Shown: in pieces, positions 35,179 through 46,980 of the stretch
Layout of the letters: every line of letters starts with the position of its first letter
Position numbering within the stretch: the stretch's first letter is position 1
Assembly: GCA_030141605.1 (NCBI GenBank)
Contig: JAQGDQ010000137.1
Span: forward strand, 372,001 to 436,000
Length of the DNA: 64,000 nucleotides
Origin: Tubiluchus corallicola
Lineage: Eukaryota > Animalia > Priapulida
Reading direction: 5' to 3'
The notes under the pieces: generated by a model
The model's database searches: none
What the model was told of the DNA's origin: nothing
The model's input: only the letters and a program-made list of their open reading frames with translations
Made by a program: the position numbers and the translations under genes

Positions 35179-36474
35179 CTGCAACGAGTCAACAAAGAAA
35201 ATTGATTTCAGACTAGTCACTTCAGTGTAAATAGCTTGTAGTAAGCTACGAAAATTAATGGTAACCAGAAAATTAAATCTATAGTAGATTAGTATAATAG
35301 ATTAGCAGATATATTAGATAGTATATTCAATTATTATATCTAAGGATATAATAATATCCTTAAGCGTAATAATCTTTTAATTATTTGACCAAAATTAATT
35401 ACGTTGAGTCACGTATTTCGTGTTCGTGCTGTAGATTTTGAGCTCAATGCATTACTTCGATAATAGTACAGGGTTCCTCTTTGGGCGTTCACGTGTTGCA
35501 ATATTCAGCCGTTATTACCCAAAATTAAAGAGCGATGCCAAAATTTCCACAAGTCAATTTTCTTCAGTTTTCAGTCCGGTGTGCATGTATTATTTGTGCA
35601 TTTTTTACTAAACCAACTCACATGCAAAGCCCTGGTACTCGAAAGCTAGGAAAACTCATGTAAACTGCGTTTTCTGGCTCATTGATTGGCGTCACTGGTT
35701 CCATTTTTAGCTCTTTTTGGATGTGATGCCTGATCTCGGCTCACCCAAAGTCTCGTCCGCCTTCGGAACCAAATGTTTTTGGAGAACAATGTTAGTATGA
35801 TGATATTCCCAATTGGTGTTAAGAATTTAGTGTTTATTTAGCAGATTATCAGAGATTTTGACGTGGTTGATTGTAAAATGTTACTTGTAGTATAGTAAGA
35901 GCCTAAAACCTTATTTTCAAAATCTTTGCAGTTGATCCTGGTATATGATATATCTGTTATAAAAAGCTGCCTTTATGGCTGATGGACTTTTGTAAAAGTT
36001 AAAAAATGACACTGTAGTCTTGCGATTCATTATTTCATACGTACAGTGATTTTAAATTTTTAACTTTGTTACACTTTCTGTATGTTTCTTAAAAACCTTA
36101 ACAGCAAATCAAGAATTTCAAATCAAAAGACAAAAGATAAAAACTGGCTAAAAAGAGCCTTCAAAAGAAACTAGTTATAGACCTCTATTGTTAGTGTTTC
36201 GTTAGTGTTGTCCCTATGTGTGATTATGTCTTACTGTACACTCGGATTCAAGCTGCGTTCAAGAGTAGACGTGTTTTCGTCTTCTGCTTAAACTCTTTAC
36301 ATAACTATGACTTTCTATTCCAATGTCTCATCCGCATGAATGTTCCAGTGCTTAATATTACATTTAGTTTTCTCACTGCTTGCTATACTACCTGTCAGGT
36401 GCGGTTTTCTAATTTTCTCAGTTTAGAACTGATTGTAACCTGATACGTACGTCGTTATAATTTAGAAGTCTCAC

Positions 36475-36625
36475 CTGTTGTCTGGCCAGGAGCGCCTGTA
36501 GACCATGGTGTAGGCTGAACTGTTGGCAGGCCAGGAGCGCCTACACCCGTAGGCCATGGTGCTGGGTCATTTCTTTCATACGGCGGAGGAACTGGCTGAT
36601 TTGAGGTGTCTTCCTCTTTTTCCAT
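36475..36625 (-). CDS. LITAF: LITAF-domain protein, exon 1 (spliced protein 141 aa)
   Basis: MEKEEDTSNQPVPPPYERNDPAPWPTGVGAPGLPTVQPTPWSTGAPGQTT; PPPY motif; phase-1 donor CAG|GTGAG. Confidence 0.9.
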
Positions 36626-36907
36626 AACAGAGTAATCGAATTTTCTGAAAAGTTTTTCCGAATGTAAATAAAGCGAAAGGTCGACGTCACTTTATTAGCA
36701 CAAGTTTCGTGTACGCATCCTGAAATATTAGCAATTAGTTAAACAGCTGCGGGCACGCCATCTTTCTTACGTTCTGTCTCTTTTTCTGCTTTCCTCTTCC
36801 TCTTTGTCAGAAAATCGCCGAAAACCGATGTAACTAATACGATTATATGTTTAATACTTAACAGCTTTTTACTTTACCATAGAAAATATGCAAGTAAAAA
36901 GAAACGG

Positions 36908-37030
36908 TGAGGGAGGGAGGGAGGGAGAGAGAGAGAAGGTAAAGAGGGGAAGAGAGAGGGAGGAAAGAGAGAGAGAGAGAGGAGAGAGAGAGAGAAAAGA
37001 CAGAGAGAAAAAGAAAGAGACAGACAGACA
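36908..37030. repeat. GA-rich polypurine tract upstream of LITAF
   Basis: (GA)n/(GGGA)n run about 300 bp upstream of the ATG. Confidence 0.9.
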
Positions 37031-37414
37031 AAGAATTAGAGCAAGAGATTGGGGGTGGGCGTAGCATAGAAATTAGCTAAAATATTATGACACATGCTTT
37101 TACCAGTTTCTACTAATGTGTAAGTATTTTTAAAGATCACAACATCATACACAAACAACAACAATATAGACAAAAAAAACTAAATGCATTTACATATGAA
37201 ACAAAATACCTGTATTTAAGCCTAGATAATTATGTTTTCCCACTAATAATTTTGACTATGAGTCTCGCCCGACTAGCCACAATCTTGTCAGTTACGTCAA
37301 TGAAAATATATCTCTGTACTGTATACTGAATATGCTAGCTCTTGCTTTCATCCTGGTCAAAGGTCGTATTTAATTTTTCATGTGGAAATCGTTTCGTGAT
37401 TTGTTGACATTTAA

Positions 37415-37816
37415 CCCTTTGATACCCGTTGTGTCCTGTGGGATACGGGAATATTTTCTGCCCTTGAAATAACTGTCTGTTAATAGTTGTTTTGATTTGA
37501 GCCAATAACAAGAGACTGAAATGGTGATAAAATGGCAAACTAGAAAATCTACATAGCATAAAAAACTGCGCAATGTACAGTACATTAGAGACGACTTTGT
37601 ACAGATCAGCATACCATGCATACTAAATGTCTTAAATACTTTAAAAAATTATCAGCAGTTGCAAAATGAAGCACATTTTATGCTTCCATTGAATCCCAAT
37701 GTATCCCGTGGGGTTAGGTAGAAAAAAATAATTATTATGTGTAAACAAGATGGACATACTGAACAAAAGTACCAAACCAAAAATTTTTTATTAAAAAATA
37801 TTTGGGACTGAAGGGG
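37415..37816. mobile_element. piggyBac-type MITE (402 bp)
   Basis: TTAA|CCCTTT...AAGGGG|TTAA; subterminal ccc..tgt.tcc.gtggg repeats. Confidence 0.75.
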
Positions 37817-39114
37817 TTAAGATTAAAACTACATGTATTTTCATAGAGTAGATACTTGTCATATCGCAGGTACGTCACTCAGCTCACCTAAAAACCCTTT
37901 CGACAGATTAAGCCATGTGAACCAAAGAAACGCGAGTGACGAATTTATTAAACACGATTTATTTTATTTTTTTAATTTTGTTAAATATATTTAAACATTT
38001 TAGGGCTATGCATATATTTATTTATGCGAAATTTGAGCCAACACTTATTAAAAAAACACTGCGGTTTTTTACCTGTTGAATGTATTACCTAAGTTAGCCC
38101 TCTCTGTGCTTGTCAATTGCATGCATTTCAGTGACAAAGAATTTATCTACCTATCAGTCTATCTCTTACATATTTAGGTCCTACGAGCTTTTATGGCAAT
38201 GACAAATATCTACCGGATCAAACAAGGTTAAGGTTCTGTCAATGTTGAATTGGCAAATTAATTATATCCTTATAAGGATCATTACAACCTAGTCGACAGT
38301 AAATCCACAGTTGACAGATGCAATTTGTAGTGAATCTAACCATCCATAAAAGTAACGAGGTTAATTTCCATAGTTTCACATAGATTTTATGACACAGCAG
38401 TACGTTTATATTTCTATCTATATTGCATTTGTATCGGTACTACAAATACTTTGATTTGCTTTCTAAGAAATTTTACAAAGTTGTGGCAGACTGGCAAGCG
38501 AAGTTACGAACTTCAGTTCAGAAATCAGTTTGTTATGGGACGTCACATGTTGCTTTTGCTGCTGTTGTTGATGTTACTGCTGTTGCTGGCCAAATAAGCT
38601 AAGAATACTCTTGGGATTGGTTAACGCTTTTGGATTATATCTAAAATCACTAATATTTTAGCCAAGGAGGTATTAAATTTACCTTTTATTGTATTAATTA
38701 TACTCTGGCCTATTGTAATCTATTGCATAACAGTTAAAGAAACTTCGAATGGCCCGTCATAACACACTGCTCTATAAAAACTGCCCCACCTCAGAATAAT
38801 CCAGACATGTGTTTATTTATATGATGATTATGTTCCTAGTACCACTTTCTTTTCCTACTGTAAGTTTTTTCTATACAATGTACTATTGTACTTTCAACAT
38901 TGCTTACGCAAAATTCCCAGCCTATGATTAACCATTAAGCAAAATAAGCACGTGCTTAAGCCCTCAGGGGAAAAAGGGCCCCAACGGTTTTTTTCAAATT
39001 GAATAATGTACCATGCACTGGCTGATCCCAAGGGCTTATTTCTTATCTCGTTCTCGTTTCAAATGAGGCGATAATTGCTACGTTGTTATTCAGCCATTCC
39101 CTTATAAACCAAGT

Positions 39115-39477
39115 GTTGATTTCTGTGCATATCTCCAAATATAACATTGAAAGCTTGCTCTTTTTAGACCTACGTGTTCTTGCACAGAGTCATCAGTAGG
39201 AGGAAAATTACAGTTAGTGATATCTTTTTTGCAGTTGTGTTTTATTTCTTAGTGTATCTAGGACTAATGTGTTTTCACTTACAGGGCTTCGCCTTGTTAT
39301 AAATGATTCAATGAACTCCTTCATTGTGAAAATACACCTGACCACAGTGTAATAAGGTAAAAATTACTTATAAAAAATATTACTTGAAATTTTCCAACTA
39401 CTGATGACTCTGCACAAAAAGCACATTAAAAGAGGAAACTTTTAATGCTATATTTGGAGATCTGCTCAAGAAACAAC
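39115..39477. mobile_element. Foldback/long-TIR non-autonomous element
   Basis: Inverted arms of about 110 bp (39115-39230 vs 39372-39477), e.g. atctccaaatata/tatatttggagat and cagagtcatcagtag/ctactgatgactctg. Confidence 0.8.
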
Positions 39478-39769
39478 ATTCAGGTGTAACAGATCTACTT
39501 AATCAAGCATTAAATATGAAGAACTCAATGACAAAGACGACCATTAGAATCACCCAGTTTAATAAGCCAGTCAGCCTTATCGTCAACTGAGATGGCGGGT
39601 AAATGTGTTTAAATCGCATACACTTATTCTAGATGTAATTCTTACTACATTTTTACTATGAATGCAAGTTCTAGAAAGTTGTCTGTAAGAAATTATAGTT
39701 AATATAACTATTTGCACGGTAACCAGACAGTGCAAATAACCTTAAATTCTGTTTTCCACCGCTGCTTTG

Positions 39770-39940
39770 CTATAGCTGCTAAGGTAAACAACGTTACCAA
39801 ATGAAGCACCAGTAAGAATCGCCTTAAAGGAAGCCTTAAAACCTTGTAAAAACCACCTGGTAAACCTAAAACAACTTGGATAGCTAAGATAAATAAAGAT
39901 GTTCAACATTAGCTGCAGATAGAAGTGGGTGGAATACTCT
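39770..39940 (+). mobile_element. RTE-clade LINE 3' fragment
   Basis: LPNEAPVRIALKEALKPCKKPPGKPKTTWIAKINKD, homologous to the end of the 44430-45060 remnant. Confidence 0.75.
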
Positions 39941-40307
39941 GGTAAACGTTGATACCTCAATGCCTACAATAGGTGGAATGAGACTTTGAAGAAGCATTGA
40001 GAAGGGCCGTTGGATGGCGCAGCGCGTCACGCATTCGCATGCCACAGGCAGAGTGAGTTCTCTGAGTATAGTGTTCTTCTCCGTGACTTCCATTTTGTGA
40101 AACAATCTCGAAGTTTGTATTGTCTGTATTTGAATTTGAAAACACTGACAATAGAAAAAGACAAGATTTTATTATTAACGTTTAGTATAGTACTTAACAA
40201 GCACCATACTACCACTTGATAATGAAAGTGGCTCATAGTCAAAAATGATTCCTAGAAATGACGAAGAACACAGAATTACCATAATACCACATTTGTCTCG
40301 CACCAAT

Positions 40308-41257
40308 ATGCAACTGGGAACAACAGTTTTGTTGGTGTTTACCTTGTTCTACTTTGACGCATGTCTGGCTATGTTGACTTCTGTGCCTGCTGCATTTGAC
40401 AATGTAACAGAACTGCCTGCTGAATCAAGGGTTCGAGGCGGAGAAGAAATTTTTGAAAGAGAATTTCCTTTCATAGTTTTTCTTGTTTTGCCAAATGAGT
40501 TTTGCGGTGGAACTCTCATCAATAACTTGTGGGTCTTAACAGCAGCTCATTGTTTTAAAAATGTTTCAGAACCGGAGAACACATAAAAGTCTACTTGGGG
40601 CACAATAATGTATGGGACTCGCCAATAGTACGTTGGATCAGATGGTTTCATCAACATGGTGATTGGGATTCAAATGGGACTGTTAAGGAATATCACGATA
40701 TTGCTTTAGTGCGATTAAACAGGCGCGTTGAGTATACTGTCATTATCGGAAGTGACGAAGATATTCTGCCTGCTAAACTGCCTGCTTGTGACAGAGATCA
40801 TTATATCAATGAAGTAGTTATTATTGTCGGATGGGGAAGTGTGGGGATTAGAGGCTTGCCATTCCAAATACATGATCGTTTCCAGGTGGCAGCATTACTA
40901 GTGAGTGACTGTATTGGTGAATTTTTAGGCTTCAACGAAAGCCTACTGATCTGCTCATATAATCCAGCTAGCAGTGTTACTGAAGGTGATTCAGGCGGGC
41001 CCGTGGTATTACAAAGAACGGGAGAGGTAGTTGGCATTATAGTCAGTGCAACCGGACGTGACGACAGGAAGTCAGTGAGTATCGCTGTAAGAGTCTCTTA
41101 CTACTTAGATTGGATTGAAAATACGAAGCGCATGTATGTACCTGGCGACAGCATCTTTGACGAACAAGTTCACAATAGAGCTGCTTCATTTCAGGCCACA
41201 GCAATGATAATTTACGTTATTGAGCTGTACTCAGTAATTCATTTCAGTGTCACGTAG
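40308..41257 (+). pseudogene. Intronless S1A serine protease copy 1, 1-bp frameshift at ~40573 (316 aa if restored)
   Basis: Signal peptide MQLGTTVLLVFTLFYFDACLA, activation site R|VRGG, FCGGTL, TAAHC, HDIAL, GDSGGP, hydrophobic C-tail. GAA CC GGA vs GAA CCT GGA in the paralog shows the missing T. Confidence 0.9.
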
Positions 41258-41419
41258 CCTGACGAAGTAAGGCACAAAACTTTCTAAAGAATCGCCTTTG
41301 AGAAGTTCACGACATTTTATCTTACAAGTTTCGTGCTAGAATTTCACACTTCAAAAGTTATGTTACTGCGATTAATGATAAGACTACTTGTTACAAAATA
41401 CAAGATAATAAGTATATGA

Positions 41420-41760
41420 GTTTTGAGAATCACTTATAATTTAATTAAACAAGCTCCAATTGAAGCAATACTTTTTTATAACTGTGGAATTTTAAATTTA
41501 GATGACTTTGTTTCTTACCACCTTGCTATCTGTCTGTACAAAACACACCACAGTTTATTACACCCGCGTTTCATAAATCCCGTCGCACGTAATCACCAAC
41601 ATCACTAGATTTAATGAATTAATGATTTAGATTTGCCAGACACTTTCTAAAATTTACCGTTCCAAATCTATAGAATAAAATATCAATTTATGTCACTACA
41701 CATCGAAATTTATATGGTTTTAAGAGATAGATGAAATCTCTTCTGCTCAAATCTTAGTTA
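41420..41760 (+). mobile_element. L2/CR1-group LINE 3' remnant
   Basis: ILFYNCGILNLDDFVSYHLAICLYKTHHSLLHPRF..NHQHH resembles the 'LF..L.IL....Y....YK....LLP..F..H' ORF2 tail. Confidence 0.55.
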
Positions 41761-42735
41761 TAATGCGTTTTTTGGGTTTTGCAGTGAAGTGCGATAGTTA
41801 CAGTATGTTCCGCGGCTGGTTACATTACACTTTATAGTTTCATACGTTTGCATCACGTCTCTGCTGAACTCCTTTCTATTTCATTTCCCTTCTCTTTTTC
41901 TCTATCTTTGACTATTATTTTATCTTAACTATTCTTTGTTTTTCTATTTTTTCTCTTTAAGTAATTTTTCCTCCACTTTTCATGGTGGTCTTACAAGCTT
42001 TACTTCTTGACCACAATACAGCATATTTTTCCTGTTGATAAACTATTATATAGTTAGTAACTACATTAATATAGTTCTTTTATAATTATTGTAATTACAT
42101 TGATTTGAAATGTAATACATGTAATTGATTTGAAATATAGTTACAATGCGATAATGTATTTATGCTGAAGTGGACAATAAATTACAAAATTACAAAATTA
42201 ATGAAATGTTTTTATTAACTCGAACAAGCAGCATTTAACACCACGAAATTTTTGCTCACCGCTGATTTTGCTCACACCAGTATCAAAGTCGTGGGTCAGG
42301 TCAGAGGTGGAAAATCTTACAAATATGCCAAGGACTATAAGTTAGCGTCCCAGTGATGGTATAAGAGCGGTAATTGGCGTGGTGGAAAACATTGTAGCAA
42401 AGATCTGGAACTTTAAGAACAAAACCCCATAAAAATTTGAAAAATTGGACTTCTAAAATGTCAAGTATATTAGTATTTTCGCCACTTAGTGTGAAAAGAT
42501 TCTAGCTGGAGCGTGCACTCCCGAACTGGGTATTTGAAGAGAGCTCTACTGTACCTCGTATAGTATGCCGAGGCAAAACTTTTTTTATCATCGTCAGTGT
42601 CGTTTTTGTCATGGTCACTGTCGTCGTCATCAACATCATCATCTTTGCCACCATTATCACCCAGAAATATAAAGCTTTCGATGGAAAAACATTCTTATTG
42701 ACGGTACGCTTGCGAGATTTCTCAAGTATCTCGTA

Positions 42736-43290
42736 TCTGTACCTGGAGACAGCATCTTTGAGGAACCTGTTCACAATACAGCTGCTTCATTACATGGCAC
42801 AACGGTGATAATTTATATTGTAACGTTGAGTGGATGGTGTTGATACGCAAGAAAACATAAAAACAGTAATAAGAGTGAAATTAGAGAATCAAGTAACTTG
42901 CCACATATCTACTCCATTGTGCTCCAAGCCAGTTGTCATTACGGAGTAGGTGCTGACGTGGACAATGCACCTGCCCGTCAGCCCACTGAACATATGAGGC
43001 TATTTCATACTAGCTACTTATAGCTGCTATGCAATGACCTCATAATCTATTGAACCACCACAATGTAGAGAGGTGAGGCGAAAATAAATGGCATTTCGCC
43101 CCCATAACACTGCCCTTCTCTACAGAAAATGGTTCGTCCTCGAACGAAATGCCTACTTATAGCTGCTATGCAATGGCTTCGTAATGGATTGAACCACCAC
43201 AATGTAAAGGTGTGGGGCGAAAATAAATACCATTTCGCCCCCCGTAACAATATTATTATGTTTCACTCAGTAATTCATTTCAGTATGAGG
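42736..43290 (+). pseudogene. Serine protease copy 3, C-terminal fragment split by an LTR
   Basis: SVPGDSIFEEPVHNTAASLHGTTVIIY[insertion]IIMFHSVIHFS aligns with copy 1 YVPGDSIFDEQVHNRAASFQATAMIIYVIELYSVIHFS; 3' UTR homology continues at about 43300-43405 and 43915-43970. Confidence 0.88.
42819..43249 (+). mobile_element. Solo LTR (431 bp) with 4-bp TSD
   Basis: ATAT|TGTAACG...CGTAACA|ATAT; removing it restores the protease reading frame; 3' ~95 bp is duplicated internally. Confidence 0.85.
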
Positions 43291-43529
43291 ATTAATGACA
43301 AAATAGGAATTAAGAAACTACAGTACAAAATCTATAAAGTATTGCCTTTCGAGGCATTCACATTTTTATCCTAAAGTTTTGATGACAAAATTTTAAAGTT
43401 TAAGACCTACACACACGCACACGTACACGCACGCACACACACTCGCACGTACACATACACGCGCGCGTACTCGCTTAGTAGCTAAAAAATTCACTGCCGA
43501 TTAGTGAAGTCCAACAAAATTTTTGCACG

Positions 43530-43790
43530 TATCATTTAAGCAAATAAAGGCATACTGGATTGTTGACTATTTAGAGAGGGCTTTAAATCATGGATCATAA
43601 ACGTTCGGGTCTGTGACAGTTCGAGCAGGATTTACAATGACAACATTTTGTAACTTTGTAACATTACTCTTTTCATATATAGATGAGTAAGATGGCTTAG
43701 TCAATGGTTGCTTAGTGCGCATAAAAAGGCCTAAATGTTCACATATGCGCACCCTGAAGTGCCTTCTTGTTTGGCCAGTATAGGACAGTC
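43530..43790 (-). mobile_element. Penelope-like element GIY-YIG endonuclease 3' fragment
   Basis: GLSYTGQTRRHFRVRICEHLG..PSYSSIYE.. and, after a frameshift, IHDLKPSLNSQQSSMPLF*. Confidence 0.8.
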
Positions 43791-44429
43791 CAGCCTGTCT
43801 TTGCAGCCATTTGCGTAAATGATACATGCAAAAGTGTTAATTGTATTCACTAATGGGTGGTGAATGTGGTAGTGAATAGAATAGTTTACCTACTTGGGGT
43901 GCATCTGTGTTTATAGTTTAAAAGTTCTATTATTGCGATTTATAAGTAGTCTAGTTGTTACAAAATAAAAATTGTTAATAAAATTTGCTTGCTGTCATTA
44001 ATCAGAACATGCGTCGATTAATACATCGTGAGATTTTTTTGTCGTAGGCTGACCAGTGACCATCCCTCTCCCCCTGGAAAACCACGATGCGAGGACACCA
44101 TGAGCTCAAATGCAATATAACTGAAAGCTTATTAATCTTATTCACTTAATTCAGCACGTGTCTTCCTCACGTTAAATTCAAGTTAAATGAAATTTCCTGA
44201 ATTCACCTAAAACTTGGCAATACTTAGGAATAACTTTCAAAACTAATGTCTGCGTCCTTCAAGGTGACTGCCTTTGCTTAGTGCTTTTCACGTTGCTTCC
44301 AGCTAATGCACTCCAAAGGAAGATGTTTCACCTACATCATACGATTACGGTGCTACCTTCGTAGAAAATCTCCCTTTCCAAACGGTTGATCACACTTATC
44401 TTGAGCCAAATTCCTGTAAGGCATTCCTA

Positions 44430-45060
44430 ATAGACCAATAATATGCCGACCTCATTTGGTTGGTTACTGCACAGACACTATTGAAAAAAGTGCCCAAAAT
44501 TACTTGAAAAACGAAACCTTAAAGTTAACAACACGAAAACTGAAGAATATATCATCGGGATAATAATAAACTGAAGATATCACAGGATGGACACCAATAC
44601 TGGAAACGTTGCAAATACATGGGATCACTACTTAACACAGAAGGTGATATCAAAAGTAGGCAACAACAGGCAATATATGGTTTTATCTAAAATAAATCAA
44701 TTTTAACCAGCAGGAAAATATTCCTCAAAACAAGGTTTGCGACTCTTCAGTGCACATGTAACTAGTCATGTACAATAGTAAAATGTAGGGCTTGACTGCA
44801 ATACAGGAAGCAGAAATAGATTTGTTTAACAGATGTTCACTCAGAAAAATCTTAAAAATAAAATGGTCATATATCATTTCAAATGAGCAGCTGTATGACA
44901 GAACCAAAGAGGAAAGTTGGAGCACTAAAGATGGGTAGGACATTTAATGATATTGCCAGAAAGAACACCAGCAAGATTAACATTAAACGAGGCACTGAAA
45001 CATGCTAAACTACCTCCAGGCAAATCGAAAACAACTTGGACATCAAGAATTAATAAAGAC
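44430..45060 (+). mobile_element. RTE-clade LINE reverse transcriptase remnant
   Basis: YADL (YADD), NLKVNNTKTEEY, WKRCKYMGSLL, LRKILKIKWSYIISNEQLY, GHLMILPERTPARLTL..PPGKSKTTW; multiple stops and frameshifts. Confidence 0.85.
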
Positions 45061-45360
45061 TGGCCAAACCCCGCAAAATAATTTTGCGCATAAACTCTCA
45101 ACAACAACCCACACCACACTACACAACCACCCACCACCCCACTCACAAAACACCACCCACACCACACCACACCAACCCACCATTCCACTCACAGCACACA
45201 ACCCACACCATACCACAACACCACACCATCCGCATCATAACACACCACCCACGCCATACTACTGCACACCACGCCATCTCCACTCTACCACCTCACCACA
45301 TTATCCACACCACATCACCCAGACGAAACTACACCATACACCCCACATCACCTACACCAC
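45050..45360. repeat. CA/CAC-rich low-complexity repeat element; related copies near 48110-48200 and 48730-48940
   Basis: Shared head aactggccaaacc..gcaaaataattttgcgcataaactc followed by cacacca-rich sequence. Confidence 0.65.
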
Positions 45361-45984
45361 ATATTTTGCAAAACAAGTACAAACAATACAAACAACAAAA
45401 ATATCTTATTAATTATTAGGCAATTGACAAGTAGTTGGGCACTAGCTTCTTCCATGCTACAAGTTTTTAGCTTGGCAATACGGTTCAGTTGCATGAAACA
45501 GATGTTATAATTGTCTTCTAACGTTAATTTATAATTATATTGTTTGTGTAAAAACTCCGTGTCCATTTTGTCTTTTGCTTTATAATCCTTTTTCATTAAT
45601 TTTTCAGGCTGTAACAGTTTTGTTTTCGGATTCACCATAGTCAAAGGTTCCACACATGACGAAAACGTACGAAGCCATATGAATGTACGACGAAAATATA
45701 TGAATCATAATATAATATTAGAAATTAGAAATAAAAGAGCTTCTAATACAAAACGCCCAGTCATCTTAACAATTCAGCATAAGTGTAGGATTCCAAAATC
45801 TAATTTTTTGTAAGAATCCGTGTTTTCAAAACAACTTTTCATTGTCCGAATTTGAAAATATTTACAATAGGAACAGGCAACTGTCAACATACTTTGGTAC
45901 TTCATAAGAAAAGTGGTACAAGCCCGAATGTTTTTCAGAGATGGCCGCCTGTGAAGGAACAGAGAACCACCACAGTACCATAGT

Positions 45985-46980
45985 ATGGACCTCGCAACTA
46001 CAGTTTTGTTGGTGTTTACATGGTTCTACTTTGATGGATGCCTCTCCACTTTGACTTCTATTTCTACTCCTATTGAAAGTGCATTTGACAACCTTACAGA
46101 ACCGCCTGCTGAACCAAGGATTCGAGGTGGAGAAGAAATTATTGAAAGGGAATTTCCCTATACAGTTTTTCTTGTTTTGCCTAATGAGTTTTGTGGAGGA
46201 ACCCTCATCGACAACTTGTGGGTCTTGACAGCAGCTCATTGTTTTAAAAATGTTTCAGAACCTGGAGAACACTTAAAAGTCTACGTGGGGCACAACAGTG
46301 TATGGGACACGCCAATAGTACGTTTGATTAGGTAGTTTCAGATACATACTCTTTATGGCGAAAATGCGACAAATTTTTTGGACCACGATATTGCTTTAGT
46401 GCGATTAAGCAGGCGTGTTGAGTATACTGTCATTATCGGAGGCGACCAAGATATTCTGCCTGCTAAGCTACCTGTTTGTGACAGAGATCATTATATTAAT
46501 GAAGTAGTTATTATAGCAGGATGGGGAAATCTGGGCACGATAGGTTTACCACTGCATGTGCATGATCGTTTACAGAAAGCTGAATTAATGATAATTGATA
46601 TGATTGGTGACTGTGATAAATATAACAAATCTATTCATATTTGCATCTATAGTCCAACTCGCAGTAATGCTGAAGGCGATTCAGGCGGACCACTAGTACT
46701 AAAAAAAACTGGAGAGGTTATTGGTGTTCTAGTCGGTGTATCTGGAAGACCCAGAGAAGATGATGATTATGGTTTCACGTCAGTAGGTGTCGCTGTGAAA
46801 ATTTCTCACTATTTAGATTGGATTGAAGATACGAAGTGCATGTATGTTCCTGGAGGCAGCATCTTTGACGAACTTGTGCATAATACTGCTGCGCCATTAC
46901 ATGATGCAACAATGGTAACTTGTGTAATTACACTGTACATACTTAGTAATTTATTTCAATGTGGTGAAAATAGGAAATAA
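45985..46980 (+). pseudogene. Intronless S1A serine protease copy 2, single in-frame TAG at 46333-46335 (331 codons if read through)
   Basis: The two track ORFs share one frame; TAG aligns with TGG (Trp) of copy 1; R|IRGG, TAAHC, HDIAL, GDSGGP and hydrophobic C-tail are intact. Confidence 0.9.

Noticed and set aside
45002-45419. His/Thr/Pro-rich ORFs
   Set aside because: Translation of the CA-rich repeat fused to a LINE remnant.
46332-46398. Intron removing the amber codon (AG|GTAGTT donor-like site)
   Set aside because: The nearest acceptor is only 10 nt away and the next would delete the catalytic Asp; the paralog is colinear here.
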